Assembly: GCA_965223725.1 (NCBI GenBank)
Contig: CBDCXE010000006.1
Span: 34,357-98,356 of the forward strand
Origin: Nitrospinota bacterium
Lineage (GTDB): Bacteria; Nitrospinota_A; UBA7883
Direction: 5' to 3'
DNA length: 64,000 nucleotides
The position numbers were made by a program, and so were the translations under genes. The notes under the pieces were generated by a model. That model was not told the DNA's origin. It did no database searches and saw only the letters and a list, made by a program, of their open reading frames with translations. Every line of letters begins with the position of its first letter. Position 1 is the first letter of the stretch. Positions 40,029 to 51,927 of the stretch are shown piece by piece.

Positions 40029-41713
40029 ATCTCTACATTCTCCAGCGCCTTGACCCCTCGCTGCATCGGGATATATACAAACAAAACGGTAATTATGATC
40101 ATGGCTGCGTACGATAACCAGACTTCTATTCCGCCGATGTTGCGCCCGATGAATACGCTGTAGAGGTGGGTGTAGACCGGCCGCGCGCACAGCATGACCG
40201 CCAACCCTGCGTATGCCAGCGAGATCACCATATAGATCACGGCGCCGGTGGAAGCGCTGATCTCCGCCACGTTTTCATAGTCGAACACCGGATAGATGGC
40301 GCCCATGCCGACCCCCAGCCCAGTCAGCCCGATGGTTAGCAATGCCACGGTCCCCGCCGATATGGCCATGACGAACCAGTCCACCCCCAACAGCAGGTTG
40401 GACGCGACCACGAGTATCTCCGCCAACAGAAGCAGCGGAAACAGATAAAGAAAAAACTTGCCCCATAAAAACCGGCCAAAACCGACAGGCGCGGTCTTCA
40501 CCGCCCAGAAGCTGCGTCCCTCCAGGCTGGTGGTGGTGAAAACGAAGCGCACGGCCACAGCGGCCAGCACGATCCCGGCCAGCCCGATATTCATGACCGA
40601 TACGATGTTTCTCAGATATACGGTCTCCAGCGGCAGGTTCCTGATATTGAAAATGTAGACAACCACCAGCGCGCCCAGCATGAACAGCTGTGACCATTGG
40701 CCGGTGTCGCGCCAGAAAAGTTTTATATCCTTGATCGCCAGCGCCCGCACCTCCGATGAGACCGGGGCGACAATCAGCCGGACCAGTTTGTAAAACCATC
40801 GCTCATCCTCCGGCGGCGCGATCGACCGGTCGGCCGCGTAGGCCGACGCCCAGCCGTTGTAATATATCTTCACGGCGATGGTGAGCGTGACCAGGATTGT
40901 TATCAACGCCATTATGTAGAGAAGCCCCAGCTTGCCCCAGAAAAACTCCCAGTCGCCAAACGCGCCCAGTTGCAGGGTTCGCGCCATGACGCTGGAGGGG
41001 AGCCATTCATAATCGGGGACCTTCAGCTTCTCCACGAACTGGATGATCAGCTCGTCCGGCACATCCTTGCCCAGAAACTTTTCCGGCTGCAGGAACCGGA
41101 AAAACATCACCAGCCCCGCGATAAAAAAAAGGCCGACAAACGATAGCACCTGATAAGCGCGCCGGGCCGGGAAAAACCGCATCAGGGTCATGGTGATCAT
41201 TATTCCGATGCCGGCGGGGACCACAAGGAACGGCGCCAGGACAATCGGTATCGCCAAATAGTAGCCCCACGGCGCATAGTTCACCTCGCCATACGCGACC
41301 AGCACAGGGATGATGAACAGAACCGCCATCCAGGAAGAGTTTATCATTGTATAGATATATTTCGACATCAGCAGGTGGCGCATCGATATGGGCGACGATA
41401 TGAGCAGGTCGAGGTCGCGGGACATATACATGGTGGAAATCGACGCGATGATATTGGAAAATATCAGCATGGAAAAAAATGTCAGGCAGAGCAGGTTGAG
41501 CAGCTGAATTATCAAAATCTCGCCCACATCGGCCGGCAGTTCGTTAAAATAGATCAGTATCCGGTGGAAAAACCAGTAGTCGCCGGCGATAAAGAGAACA
41601 GTTAGGGCGCCTATTAATACGATTTTAGTGATATGATCACTCTCCAGACGAAACATGGAGTTGAACATCAGTCGTCGTCTGGCTTTTTGTAATGCTATAA
41701 ATGTTTTCATCAA
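40025..41713 (-). CDS. Putative ABC-2-type exporter permease
   Basis: About 12 TMs, SRDLDLLISSP, KDIKLFWRD, SLEGRSFW. Confidence 0.8.
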   Translation of the reverse strand: MMKTFIALQKARRRLMFNSMFRLESDHITKIVLIGALTVLFIAGDYWFFHRILIYFNELPADVGEILIIQLLNLLCLTFFSMLIFSNIIASISTMYMSRDLDLLISSPISMRHLLMSKYIYTMINSSWMAVLFIIPVLVAYGEVNYAPWGYYLAIPIVLAPFLVVPAGIGIMITMTLMRFFPARRAYQVLSFVGLFFIAGLVMFFRFLQPEKFLGKDVPDELIIQFVEKLKVPDYEWLPSSVMARTLQLGAFGDWEFFWGKLGLLYIMALITILVTLTIAVKIYYNGWASAYAADRSIAPPEDERWFYKLVRLIVAPVSSEVRALAIKDIKLFWRDTGQWSQLFMLGALVVVYIFNIRNLPLETVYLRNIVSVMNIGLAGIVLAAVAVRFVFTTTSLEGRSFWAVKTAPVGFGRFLWGKFFLYLFPLLLLAEILVVASNLLLGVDWFVMAISAGTVALLTIGLTGLGVGMGAIYPVFDYENVAEISASTGAVIYMVISLAYAGLAVMLCARPVYTHLYSVFIGRNIGGIEVWLSYAAMIIITVLFVYIPMQRGVKALENVEI

Positions 41714-41799
41714 TACTCAGCTTATTCGTTTGCGCAACTTAATAGTTGTATCGGCAAACTGTATGGTTTCATAATAGGAAATTTGGCTTCAGGATAGCA

Positions 41800-44472
41800 A
41801 TGTTAGGTTCGATAGTAAAAAAAGTATTCGGCTCTCACAACGACAGGGAGCTTAAACGGTTGCAGGCGTATGTGGAGGCTGTTAACGCGCTGGAGCCGGA
41901 AATCCAGCAGTTGAGCGATGGCGAGCTGCAGGCGAAAACCGACGAGTTCAAGGCGCGGCTGGCGGAGGGAGAGACCCTGGACGACATCCTGGTGGAGGCG
42001 TTCGCTGTCACCCGCGAAGCGTCGTGGCGCGTGCTCTCCATGCGGCATTTCGATGTCCAGCTCATAGGCGGCGCGGCGTTGCACAAAGGCAAGATCGCAG
42101 AGATGAAAACCGGCGAAGGTAAAACCTTGTCCGCCACACTGCCGCTCTATCTCAACGCGCTCTCCGGTAAGGGGGCGCATCTGGTGACCGTGAACGATTA
42201 CCTGGCCCGGCGCGACGCGGAATGGATGGGGGCGATCTACAATTTCCTCGGGATGAGTGTCGGCGTTATCCAGCATGGGCTGACCGACGAGCAGAGGCAG
42301 GAGGCGTATAACAGCGACATAACATACGGCACCAACAACGAGTATGGGTTCGACTACCTGCGGGATAACATGAAGTTTTCGCTGGATCAATGCGTCCAAC
42401 GGGAGCTTAATTTCGCCATTGTAGATGAGGTCGATTCGATACTGATAGACGAGGCGAGGACACCATTAATCATATCCGGCCCCGCCGAAGAGTCGACCGA
42501 TAAATATTATGTGATCAACCGGATAGTGCCGCAGCTCCTCAAAAAGGAAGAGTTCTATACCATAGACGAAAAGGCGAAATCTGCAATGTTGACCGAAGAG
42601 GGGATCGCAGTAGCGGAAAAGGCGTTGGGTGTGGAAAACCTGTACGAGCCGGAAAATATCGAGGTCCTGCATCATGTCCAGCAGGCGCTCAAGGCACACA
42701 CATTGTTCACCATCGACAAGGAGTATATGATCAAGGATGGCAAAGTGGTGATCGTAGATGAGTTCACCGGGCGGCTGATGCCGGGTCGGCGCTGGTCGGA
42801 CGGATTGCACCAGGCCATCGAAGCAAAAGAAGCGGTGGAGATCGAGAACGAGAACCAGACCCTGGCCACGATCACGTTCCAGAATTATTTCCGGCTCTAT
42901 AACAAACTATCCGGCATGACCGGCACCGCCGATACCGAGGCGGCGGAGTTCGCCAACACATACAACATGGAAGTGCTGGTCATCCCGCCGAACCGGATCA
43001 TGGTGCGTGAAGACAATTCTGACGTGGTATACCGAACCGAACGGGAAAAAGATAACTGCATAATTGATGAGATCGTCGAAAAACATGAAGCCGGCCAGCC
43101 GGCGCTGGTGGGTACCATCTCCATAGAAAAATCGGAACATCTATCCAAGCTCCTGCGCAAAAAAGGTATTAAGCATAACGTACTCAACGCGAAACATCAT
43201 GAGCAGGAGGCGGAGATCGTGGCCCAGGCCGGGCGTAAAGGCGCCGTCACCATCGCCACCAACATGGCGGGCCGCGGCACGGACATAGTCCTGGGCGGCA
43301 ATCCGGAAATGCTGGCCCTGGGTCGTGGGTTAGACCCGGACGACGAGGAATACGAATCGGTTGTCGAAGAATTTACCGAACTATGCGAGCAGGAGAAAGG
43401 TGAGGTGCTGGAAGCCGGCGGCCTGCATATCATCGGCACAGAACGGCACGAGTCGCGCCGGATCGATAACCAGCTGCGTGGACGGTCCGGCAGGCAGGGC
43501 GACCCTGGCTCTTCCCGCTTCTTCCTGTCGTTGGAGGATGACTTACTGCGCATATTTGGCTCGGAAAAGATATCAACCTTGATGGAGCGGATCGGCATGG
43601 ATGAGGGTGAGCCTATCGAGGCGAAGCTGGTATCCAAAGCTATCGAAAACGCCCAGAAGAAGGTTGAAGGACACAACTTTGATATTCGTAAGCAACTGCT
43701 GGAATATGATGATGTGATGAATAAACAGCGGGAGGTCATCTATGACCAGAGGAAGATGATACTGGCGGGTGATGAGATGCATGAAACCATCGAGGACATG
43801 GCGCTGGAGGTTCTCGATAGAGAGCTGGAGATATATACGCCGAAAGACGCTTTGCCAGAGGAGTGGGATCTGGCCGGGCTGGCTGACGCGATCGAACGCC
43901 ATTTTCTGATCGGTATGAAGCTGGATGATGACAATAATATAACCATCGATATTAACAGGCTGGATTTTGAAACGGTCACCTATGATGAACTGCTCGAAAC
44001 CTTGTCGAAACAAGTAAAATTCAACCTGGACGCAAAACGTGACATGGTGGGGGAAGAGTATTGGGGCCATGTGGAAAAAGATCTTATGCTCCATATCGTC
44101 GATAGCAACTGGAAGGATCACCTGCTATCGATGGATACCTTGAAAGAGGGTATCGGACTGCGTGGCTATGCCCAGAAAAATCCGTTGAATGAATATAAAC
44201 GGGAGGGTAGCGACATGTTCATGCGGATGCTCGACCGGGTGCGTGAAGATGTGGTGGGCGCCATATTCCGGGTGCGGGTGCAGACCGAAGAAGAGGCCCG
44301 TAATGAGAAGCGGCAGCTGGCACAAAGACAGAGCAGTCAGAACCTGATCGAACATAGGGGCGACAGCGATAAAAAGCAGGAAACCGTAAGAAGAAAAGGG
44401 AAAAAAACCGGCCGGAACGATCCTTGCCCCTGCGGGTCTGGCAAAAAGTATAAAAAATGCCATGGCAAGTAA
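41800..44472 (+). CDS. secA: Preprotein translocase subunit SecA
   Basis: [39 protein letters not shown]-terminal [17 protein letters not shown]; start at ATG 41800. Confidence 0.99.
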   Translation: MLGSIVKKVFGSHNDRELKRLQAYVEAVNALEPEIQQLSDGELQAKTDEFKARLAEGETLDDILVEAFAVTREASWRVLSMRHFDVQLIGGAALHKGKIAEMKTGEGKTLSATLPLYLNALSGKGAHLVTVNDYLARRDAEWMGAIYNFLGMSVGVIQHGLTDEQRQEAYNSDITYGTNNEYGFDYLRDNMKFSLDQCVQRELNFAIVDEVDSILIDEARTPLIISGPAEESTDKYYVINRIVPQLLKKEEFYTIDEKAKSAMLTEEGIAVAEKALGVENLYEPENIEVLHHVQQALKAHTLFTIDKEYMIKDGKVVIVDEFTGRLMPGRRWSDGLHQAIEAKEAVEIENENQTLATITFQNYFRLYNKLSGMTGTADTEAAEFANTYNMEVLVIPPNRIMVREDNSDVVYRTEREKDNCIIDEIVEKHEAGQPALVGTISIEKSEHLSKLLRKKGIKHNVLNAKHHEQEAEIVAQAGRKGAVTIATNMAGRGTDIVLGGNPEMLALGRGLDPDDEEYESVVEEFTELCEQEKGEVLEAGGLHIIGTERHESRRIDNQLRGRSGRQGDPGSSRFFLSLEDDLLRIFGSEKISTLMERIGMDEGEPIEAKLVSKAIENAQKKVEGHNFDIRKQLLEYDDVMNKQREVIYDQRKMILAGDEMHETIEDMALEVLDRELEIYTPKDALPEEWDLAGLADAIERHFLIGMKLDDDNNITIDINRLDFETVTYDELLETLSKQVKFNLDAKRDMVGEEYWGHVEKDLMLHIVDSNWKDHLLSMDTLKEGIGLRGYAQKNPLNEYKREGSDMFMRMLDRVREDVVGAIFRVRVQTEEEARNEKRQLAQRQSSQNLIEHRGDSDKKQETVRRKGKKTGRNDPCPCGSGKKYKKCHGK

Positions 44473-44813
44473 CAATATAATACATATATCTATGACCATC
44501 CAATTGGGCCGCCATTTTACGCCGATAGCTTACCGTATCATTGCTAGAGCAGCCCTCACCACAAATTAATTCGAATTTTTCAAAAATTTAGCTGTTATCA
44601 GCTCCAAGTTCTACCTATATGCTGGCTTTGCATATGAAGATTAACCTGAAATAAGGTTTTATAGACTGCAATTAATTAACCAACCAGTTATTTATGTTTT
44701 CGCACTTGAACATATTTGTCCTTTATTAACCAAATTGGCGACGCAAACGAGTCGTCTTGAACTAACAAAAGTGTAACATTATGATATATAAGCGATTATT
44801 ATTAGCGTCTATA

Positions 44814-44829
44814 TGGCACACCTTGTGCT
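44814..44829 (+). promoter_or_regulatory. Sigma54 (-24/-12) promoter
   Basis: TGGCACACCTTGTGCT = GG-N10-GC, upstream of the hybrid kinase operon. Confidence 0.65.
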
Positions 44830-44878
44830 ACTACCTATATCCGGAGGCCGGAAAAACTATGGCCATTTGTAGTAAACG

Positions 44879-47251
44879 ATGAATTTGGCAGAAGTAGCAA
44901 TGGTTGACAAAACAGATGATTTAAAAGCAGTGATAGTAAAGCTCAAGGATGAAAACCTGATCCTTGAAAAACGGCTGGATACGTCTCAAAAAGTTCATTT
45001 CGACAAGAGCAACGATGAGCGAAGTGTGTTCCTGGACAAAATCAGCCATGAAATACGAACTCCCATAAACACAATTATCGGGATGACCCATCTGTGCCAA
45101 CAGTCCGAACTCAACCAGAAACAGCACAGCTATCTCAAAAAAGCGCATGAAGCCGAGTTATCTCTCCTCAACGTTTTTAATGAGATGCTTGACTATTTTA
45201 AAATCGAGATCAATAAGCTACATCTCGAGCCAAGAGATTTTTATCTGGCCGAAGTAATGGACAAACTGACTTCAGAAGTCGCCAACAAAGCGCATGATAA
45301 AGGTCTAGAGCTGATATTTGATATCGACTCTGACCTGCCCGATATTTTGCAGGGTGATCCATACCGGCTGCAGCAAGTTCTGATCAACCTTGCAACCAAC
45401 GCCATAGAGCATACGGATAAGGGCGATATCACCATTACCATCACCAAGGATTCAGATGGGAATGGTGAAGTAAAATTGCGTTTTTCGGTATGTGACACAG
45501 GCAGAAGCTTGAACAGGGAGCAGATCGACAGGTTATTCAGGCCATTTGTTCCGGAAGATATACATGCGCCAAGGAGAAATAGCGGAGCTGGTCTCGGGAT
45601 GCTTATCAGCAAGCATCTGGTTCAATTGATGGATGGCGAACTTTGGGTGAACAGCAAGCAGGATTTTGGCAACGAATTTATTTTCACCGCCACGCTGGAT
45701 GTGCGCGAAAGAATTGAAAAGAAGATCCTGGTTCCTAAAGCGAGGCTGAAGGATGTTCGCGCGCTGGTGGTGGACGACAATGAATCCGCTGGGCTTATCT
45801 TGAAATCGTTGCTGGAATCGTTGTCGATGGATGTTTCTGTTGTTAAATCGGCCGAAGAGTCATTCGTAGACCTGGAAATCGCTGAGAAGGTTGGCAGACC
45901 TTACGATATTTTGTTCATGGATTGACAGATGGAGGGCATGGATGGAATGGAGGCCTCGCGCCGGGTCAGAAATAGCATCTCGGTCAACCTGGAAACCATT
46001 CCAGTTATCATTCTGGTTACAGCATTTGGACAAAAAGATATTATAAAATCGGCTGGCAGGGATGATATAGACGCGTTTCTTGTAAAACCGGTCAGCCCGA
46101 CTGCGCTATTTAGTACCATAGCGGAAACTTATGCCGACAAACCTTCCCCCCCGGCCCGCAAACCCACTTATGGAAATAATGATTTGGCCAGAGCGATCAC
46201 CCACGATCTTTCCAGGGCCAAGGTTCTGCTGGTGGAGGAGAACAGCAACAACGATCAGCTAACCTCTAGAATATTAACTAACGCAGGCCTGAATGTTACT
46301 CAAGCAAGCAGCGAGCATCAGGCATTCACGGCGGCGCCTTTGTTTGACTACGATATCGTGCTGATCGATTTCCATAAACCAGGGATAGACGCGTATGGGA
46401 TAACAAATAGAATACGGAATAACCAAAAACATGCAAATGTCCCGATCATGGCCATGGTGGATGGCAACGCGCTTGCCGAGAAAGAAAGTTATCTGCAGGC
46501 AGGCCTGAACGACTGCATTGCCAAACCGGTCGAAGCATATGAGTTGATCCGTATGCTGGCCAAATGGATAAATAAAGACCGTGTAGTTGAAAAACCCGCC
46601 AGCAAAAATATAAATGAAGAAACAGAAAATGATAGCGCCATACAAGATATATCTGGGATCAATGTGCCAACAGGGCTTGCATACTCCGGCGGTAACTGGA
46701 AGCTGTACAAGCTGATATTGAAGAAATTTTATACAGACTATGCGAAGGCGATCACAGATATAAAAGAAATGATCGCGAACAATGATATGCAGACAGCCAC
46801 AAGGACCGCGCACAACCTCAAAGGCCTCTCTGGCAGCATTGGCGCCAACACGCTTAGTAAATATATAACTAGTCTGGAAGACGCTTTGCTCAATGGAAGC
46901 AATGCCGCAATTCCTGCATTGTTAGAGTCCAGTGACCAGGAATTGAAGAGAGTGATCGACGAATTGGAGTTTCTGGTCAAGGATGAGCAGGCAAAACAAC
47001 AGCCCACACCAAACGAAAAAATCAAGCCGGAAACCGGCGCCTTAAAGTTTCAAAAGCTAGTTAAGCTCCTTGCAAGTGATGACGCCAAGGCGGCCAAAGC
47101 GCTCGATGAAATCAAGGAGAGCTATCCTGACGGATATTTCAACGGCTCTCTGGAAAAACTTGAGTATTTTGTGGAGCATTACGACTATAAAGCCGCACAC
47201 CGCCTCGCAAAGAAAATAGCTCAGACCACGCCTTTCAGAGGGAACGGCTAA
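44879..47251 (+). pseudogene. Cytoplasmic hybrid histidine kinase (HisKA-HATPase-REC-REC-Hpt), interrupted by in-frame TGA at 45923-45925
   Basis: ORFs 44879..45925 and 45929..47251 are in frame: ILFMD*QMEGMDG. SHEIRTP H-box and AHNLKG Hpt are present; several catalytic motifs are degenerate. Confidence 0.8.
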
Positions 47252-48319
47252 GTGGAAAGAACGCTAGCCAGGGAAACCGTGTTGGTGGTCGATGATATGC
47301 CGGAAAACATCAGAATCATCGCTGATTTGCTGGCTGCCGATTATAACGTGAAGGTCGCAAAGAGCGGAGAGCGCGCACTGGAAATCGCCGCGGGCGATGC
47401 AAGGCCGGATCTGATTCTTCTCGATATCATCATGCCAGATATGGATGGATATGAAGTGCTGCAAAGCCTGAAGGCAAATCCGCTGACCCATCCAATTCCT
47501 GTTATATTCATCACCGCCCTGATGAGGCCGGAAGATGAAGAAAGGGGCTTGCAATTGGGCGCGGTCGATTATGTGACCAAACCGATAAGCCCGGCTGTGG
47601 TGCAGGCGCGGGTCAAAACCCACCTGGCCCTGTACGACCAGAGCAAATCGCTGGAGCATAAAGTCATGGAACGCACCTCCGAACTTCAGGAGACGCAGTT
47701 CGAAATTGTCCGGCAGCTTGCCAGGGCGGGTGAATTCAAGGATAACGAAACCGGGTTGCATATTGTGAGGATCAGCAAATATTCCAAAATGCTGGGTCAA
47801 AAAATCGGTCTTAATGTCAACGCCACAGAATTGCTGGCCCATGCCGCGCCGATGCACGATATCGGCAAGATAGGCGTCCCGGACAAAATATTGCTAAAAC
47901 CAGGAAAGCTGGACAGGGATGAGTGGAAAGTCATGAAAAGGCATCCACAATATGGTGTGGAAATTCTGGGGCAACATAAATCTGAATTGCTGGAATACGC
48001 CCAGATCATCGCATTAACACATCATGAAAAATGGGATGGGTCCGGCTATCCCAACCGGCTGAAGGGAGACCAGATACCTCTGCTGGGCAGGATCGTGGCC
48101 GTAGCGGATGTTTTCGACGCGCTGACCTGTGATCGACCATACAAAAATGCGTGGCCCGTGGATAAAGCGATAGACCATATACAAAGGGAAGGCGGTCGCC
48201 ATTTCGACCCGTACATCGTCGAAGCGTTTATGGATATCCAGGAGGACATCCTGGCCACCAGGCGAGAGCATGACGAGCCTTGCCACTCCTCACCAGCAAA
48301 CAGAATGGCTGTTCACTAA
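47252..48319 (+). CDS. REC-HD-GYP response regulator (c-di-GMP phosphodiesterase, RpfG-like)
   Basis: VVDD..LLDIIMP..TKP; HDIGKIG, HHEKWDGSGYP, ADVFDAL. Confidence 0.93.
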   Translation: MERTLARETVLVVDDMPENIRIIADLLAADYNVKVAKSGERALEIAAGDARPDLILLDIIMPDMDGYEVLQSLKANPLTHPIPVIFITALMRPEDEERGLQLGAVDYVTKPISPAVVQARVKTHLALYDQSKSLEHKVMERTSELQETQFEIVRQLARAGEFKDNETGLHIVRISKYSKMLGQKIGLNVNATELLAHAAPMHDIGKIGVPDKILLKPGKLDRDEWKVMKRHPQYGVEILGQHKSELLEYAQIIALTHHEKWDGSGYPNRLKGDQIPLLGRIVAVADVFDALTCDRPYKNAWPVDKAIDHIQREGGRHFDPYIVEAFMDIQEDILATRREHDEPCHSSPANRMAVH

Positions 48320-48320
48320 A

Positions 48321-49016
48321 ATGTACTATATCGAAAGAAAGGACTTGCCAACGATTGACCAGGCGCAGAATGTGCAGAGGGCTGTTGAATCGCTATCAGA
48401 ACATGACACGCAGGTGGCTGTGCTAAAAGCCCTGGAAGCTAACAGCGATATTCATTCTATCATTGTAAACGGACTGGTCGCCGGGCTGAAAGCTGTCGGT
48501 GAAAAGTGGATGAAACAGAAAATGTACAACAGCCATGTGCTGATGGCCGCAAAAGCCGTGAAGGCAGGTCAGGATGCGCTTGAGCGGAAATTGGCGCCAT
48601 TGGGCATTCGGCGGGGTCTAATAGTGCTGGGCACGGCGCAAGGCGACCTGCACGATGTGGGTAAAAGCCTGGCGGGGATGATGTTGAGGCTCGATGGCTG
48701 GGATGTGCGTGATATCGGCACAGAGGCGACACCCCGAATGTTTATGGAAAAAGCGAAAGAAGTGAACGCCGACCTGATAGGTATATCTATCGTCATGGGA
48801 ATATATCTCGACAAGATCCAACAGGTCTGTTCGCTGGTCCGGTCGGAGGGTATAAGGGCCAAAGTGATCATAGGCGGCCCCGGCTCCAACGACGCTGTCG
48901 CCAGGAAAGTCAACGCCCACACCTATGCCGGTTGCGACACGTTAGGCAGTCTGCAGGCGGCAAAGCGGCTGCTCGACCGGACGAAGAATGTGAGAGCCAG
49001 GACCAGACATATCTGA
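48321..49016 (+). CDS. Standalone cobalamin-binding (cap + Rossmann) protein
   Basis: GTAQGDLHDVGK (DxHxxG), IGIS, IIGG; ATG lies 1 nt after the HD-GYP stop. Confidence 0.85.
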   Translation: MYYIERKDLPTIDQAQNVQRAVESLSEHDTQVAVLKALEANSDIHSIIVNGLVAGLKAVGEKWMKQKMYNSHVLMAAKAVKAGQDALERKLAPLGIRRGLIVLGTAQGDLHDVGKSLAGMMLRLDGWDVRDIGTEATPRMFMEKAKEVNADLIGISIVMGIYLDKIQQVCSLVRSEGIRAKVIIGGPGSNDAVARKVNAHTYAGCDTLGSLQAAKRLLDRTKNVRARTRHI

Positions 49017-49041
49017 ACGTGCCATCCGGGCCATGCCCTGC

Positions 49042-49773
49042 TCACGCTTTGTCGATGGCCCCTTCATAGGCGGACCATATCATCGGCCATCCCTTCTTTA
49101 CGATATCCGCCATCACCACCGCGTAATCCCTGATCTCCTTTTGCGCATCGTCGGCAAGACGCAACGAAAAATAGTGGAGCAGGTTGCGCATATCTATCCG
49201 CCAGATTATTTGCGTGTAGGCGGACACCGGCAGAACCACCCGGGCCTGCTCCCGCGCCACGCCCAGCTCCAGCAGTTGCTTATACACCGCATAGGCATGC
49301 TGGTTCAATCCGTCGATCAAGGTCCTGGCTTTCATTGCAGTTTCCTGGTCAAGGCTCTGTGCGCTCATCTGCTTGTTGGTGGCGTGCTGGCCACGGACAT
49401 CGTCCTTCGCCGGCACATAAAAAATGTCGGGGCATTCGGTATATCGAAACGACCATTCATTCAGCGACGCCGTGCGATGCCGGACATGCTGGCGCATCAC
49501 AAATATCGGCAAACGAATCCGGAACGTAAGGTTGATCATCTCGAAGGGCGACGTATGCCGGTCCTTCCACAGCCGGGCGATCAGTTTCCGGTCATGCTCT
49601 TCGCTTTTGCCTTCGCTGCGTTGATACGATGTTCTGGCGGCCCGCGCCACCGACTGATCGGCGCCCAGATAATCCACCAGCTCCACCTCACCATGCTCGT
49701 GGATAGTATAAACCTTGTTCAGTTCCTCTTCCGCGCCACTGCTTACAGGGCGGCTGGTTTGATCTTCGGCCAT
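49042..49773 (-). CDS. thyX: FAD-dependent thymidylate synthase
   Basis: AARTSY, HTSPFE, RHRTASLNEWSFRY, AREQARVVLP, AQKEIR. Confidence 0.95.
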   Translation of the reverse strand: MAEDQTSRPVSSGAEEELNKVYTIHEHGEVELVDYLGADQSVARAARTSYQRSEGKSEEHDRKLIARLWKDRHTSPFEMINLTFRIRLPIFVMRQHVRHRTASLNEWSFRYTECPDIFYVPAKDDVRGQHATNKQMSAQSLDQETAMKARTLIDGLNQHAYAVYKQLLELGVAREQARVVLPVSAYTQIIWRIDMRNLLHYFSLRLADDAQKEIRDYAVVMADIVKKGWPMIWSAYEGAIDKA

Positions 49774-49800
49774 GCGGCTACTCCAGTATCAGTCGTTAAT

Positions 49801-50511
49801 TCACTGCGCCGACAAGCTGATATCGGCGTACCAGGCCTGGGCGCTGCTCATTGTGTTATCAGTATCAGACATTATCATAATTCCGGCCAAAGGGGGCGGG
49901 TGGGCGCCAAAATATTTTTTATAGTCCTCGACTATGTTCACCTGCTCCTCTATCCATTGACCTGCTTTCTGATTGCCACTTTCGGTGGCGACAATGATGG
50001 CCCTGTCAGTATAACTGCTCGGCATGTGGGCGCCCTTCGGCAGCTTGTTCGCCCACACATAATTGAGTGCGGAGTGAATCGGGTATTCACCCTGAAGTTT
50101 TTTATAAAAGGAGAACTTCAGGCGTTCAAAAAACCCGGCTTTACCCTTTTCATACCGAAACGATACATATACACGGGCAGGGAAATCATCCTTCCGTTTA
50201 TCGGTGGCGTCACCATCCTTTAATGTGCTTTGAACTTTCCACTTCCACCGCAATACAGGTAGTTCATCGGCAGCCATATCCAGGCTGTAGCCAAGCCCGG
50301 ACGCGGAATTATCCGCCACTGCTTTTACCGCGACAATGTCGCCATCCTGGATCACCATATACTCCGTATGCCGCTGGATTTTCTCGAATTCGATGGCCTT
50401 CCAGCCGTCCGGCGTATCGCTATAAATTTTCTTTTTATCAAAGGAAAGATCAAGGGTTGACGAGCCGATCGATAAAACCAGCAGTCCTGATACAATAGCT
50501 GTTTTGAACAT
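49801..50511 (-). CDS. DUF3047 family secreted protein
   Basis: SASGL, LRWKWKV, DDFPARVYV, LNYVWAN, MSDTDNT. Confidence 0.85.
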   Translation of the reverse strand: MFKTAIVSGLLVLSIGSSTLDLSFDKKKIYSDTPDGWKAIEFEKIQRHTEYMVIQDGDIVAVKAVADNSASGLGYSLDMAADELPVLRWKWKVQSTLKDGDATDKRKDDFPARVYVSFRYEKGKAGFFERLKFSFYKKLQGEYPIHSALNYVWANKLPKGAHMPSSYTDRAIIVATESGNQKAGQWIEEQVNIVEDYKKYFGAHPPPLAGIMIMSDTDNTMSSAQAWYADISLSAQ

Positions 50512-50514
50512 TCA

Positions 50515-51927
50515 CTACTTACCTACTATAAATGATATTGCTGCCTTGATACGGTTCACTGATTTTTCTTTACCCAGAGCGGACAAAAGCCCGAACAACC
50601 CTGGGCTGACCGTGCCACCGGTAAGCGCCACCCGCACAGGCTGGGCCAGATGCTTCAGCTTCAGCCCCTTGCTCTCCAGCAGCGATTTAAATTCAGACTC
50701 AATGGCCTCCGTATCGGAAAAGTCGACATCGCCAAACCTTTCCACCAATTCTTTTAATACCAGACAGATATCATCGGTCAGAAATTTCTTTGCCGCTTTC
50801 TCTTCATATGCTACTTTATCCACGAAAAAATATTTCATCGACTCCGCCAGCCCGGTCACACTCTGCGCCCTTTGCCGCAGCATCGGAAGAAGTGGAACAA
50901 TCGAACCGACAGACGCTTCTATACCATCACCCATAAGTATATTGGCGATCATTGCACCCAACGTTTCATCCGGCGTGGTCTTGATATGTTCCGCGTTTAT
51001 CCAGAGCAGTTTCTCTTCATCGAACCGGGCCGACCCTTTACCGACAGCGTCCAGGTCGTACAAAGATTTCAGTTCGTCCATGCTGAAAACTTCCTGGTCG
51101 CCATGGCTCCAGCCGAGCCGGACAAGGTAGTTGACCAGCGCCTCCGGCAAGATCCCCTTGTCGCGATACTCCAGCACGGAGAGCGCGCCATGCCTTTTCG
51201 ACAATCGTTTCCCATCATTGCCCAGGATCATCGACACATGGGCGAATTTTGGAACGTCCAGACCCAGCGCTTCATATATCACCGCCTGGCGCGGTGTATT
51301 GGCCAGATGATCATCACCTCGGATGACATGGGTGATGTTCATTTCCGCGTCATCCACCACAACACAAAAGTTATAGGTCGGTGTGCCATCGGCCCGCATG
51401 ATGATCATATCATCGAGCTGGTCATTATCGAAGCTGATGATTCCGCGCAGCATGTCGTCCACTTTTGTCACACCACTTTTCGGAGTGTCGAACCGGACAA
51501 CGAATGGCTGATTGGTATCGGCCGGTATGTTTTTGCCCCTGCAGACTCCGTCATATTTCGGCTTCTGTTTTGCCGCTATCATCGCCTCGCGTTTTACGTC
51601 CAGTTCCTCTTTGGAACAGACACAACGATAGGCGTGGCCAGCGTCGAGAAGTTTATCCACATGAACCTTGTACCGACCCTGCCGCTCGGTCTGGCGATAC
51701 GGCCCTTCATCATGATCGAGCCCCAGCCAGTCCATGGCTTCGATGATCTGTTCTATGGAATCTTCGGTCGATCTGGTCTGGTCGGTATCCTCTATCCGCA
51801 GTATGAACGATCCGCCAAACCGACGGGCGTACAGCCAGTTGAATATGGCCGTGCGCGCGCCACCAATATGCAGATAGCCGGTGGGGCTGGGCGCGAATCG
51901 TGTCCTCACAATTTCTTTATTATTCAT
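50515..51927 (-). CDS. gltX: Glutamate-tRNA ligase
   Basis: RFAPSPTGYLHIGG, LRIEDTD, THVIRGDDH, LSKRHG. Confidence 0.97.
   Translation of the reverse strand: MNNKEIVRTRFAPSPTGYLHIGGARTAIFNWLYARRFGGSFILRIEDTDQTRSTEDSIEQIIEAMDWLGLDHDEGPYRQTERQGRYKVHVDKLLDAGHAYRCVCSKEELDVKREAMIAAKQKPKYDGVCRGKNIPADTNQPFVVRFDTPKSGVTKVDDMLRGIISFDNDQLDDMIIMRADGTPTYNFCVVVDDAEMNITHVIRGDDHLANTPRQAVIYEALGLDVPKFAHVSMILGNDGKRLSKRHGALSVLEYRDKGILPEALVNYLVRLGWSHGDQEVFSMDELKSLYDLDAVGKGSARFDEEKLLWINAEHIKTTPDETLGAMIANILMGDGIEASVGSIVPLLPMLRQRAQSVTGLAESMKYFFVDKVAYEEKAAKKFLTDDICLVLKELVERFGDVDFSDTEAIESEFKSLLESKGLKLKHLAQPVRVALTGGTVSPGLFGLLSALGKEKSVNRIKAAISFIVGK

Noticed and set aside
44859-44882. Leader peptide MAICSKR overlapping the kinase start
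   Set aside because: Seven codons with a distant SD; cannot be told apart from chance or a frameshifted remnant
45923-45925. Genome-wide UGA reassignment (genetic code 4 or 25)
   Set aside because: TGA is the normal stop of hflK, recA, yggT, thyX and others, and Trp is encoded by TGG throughout
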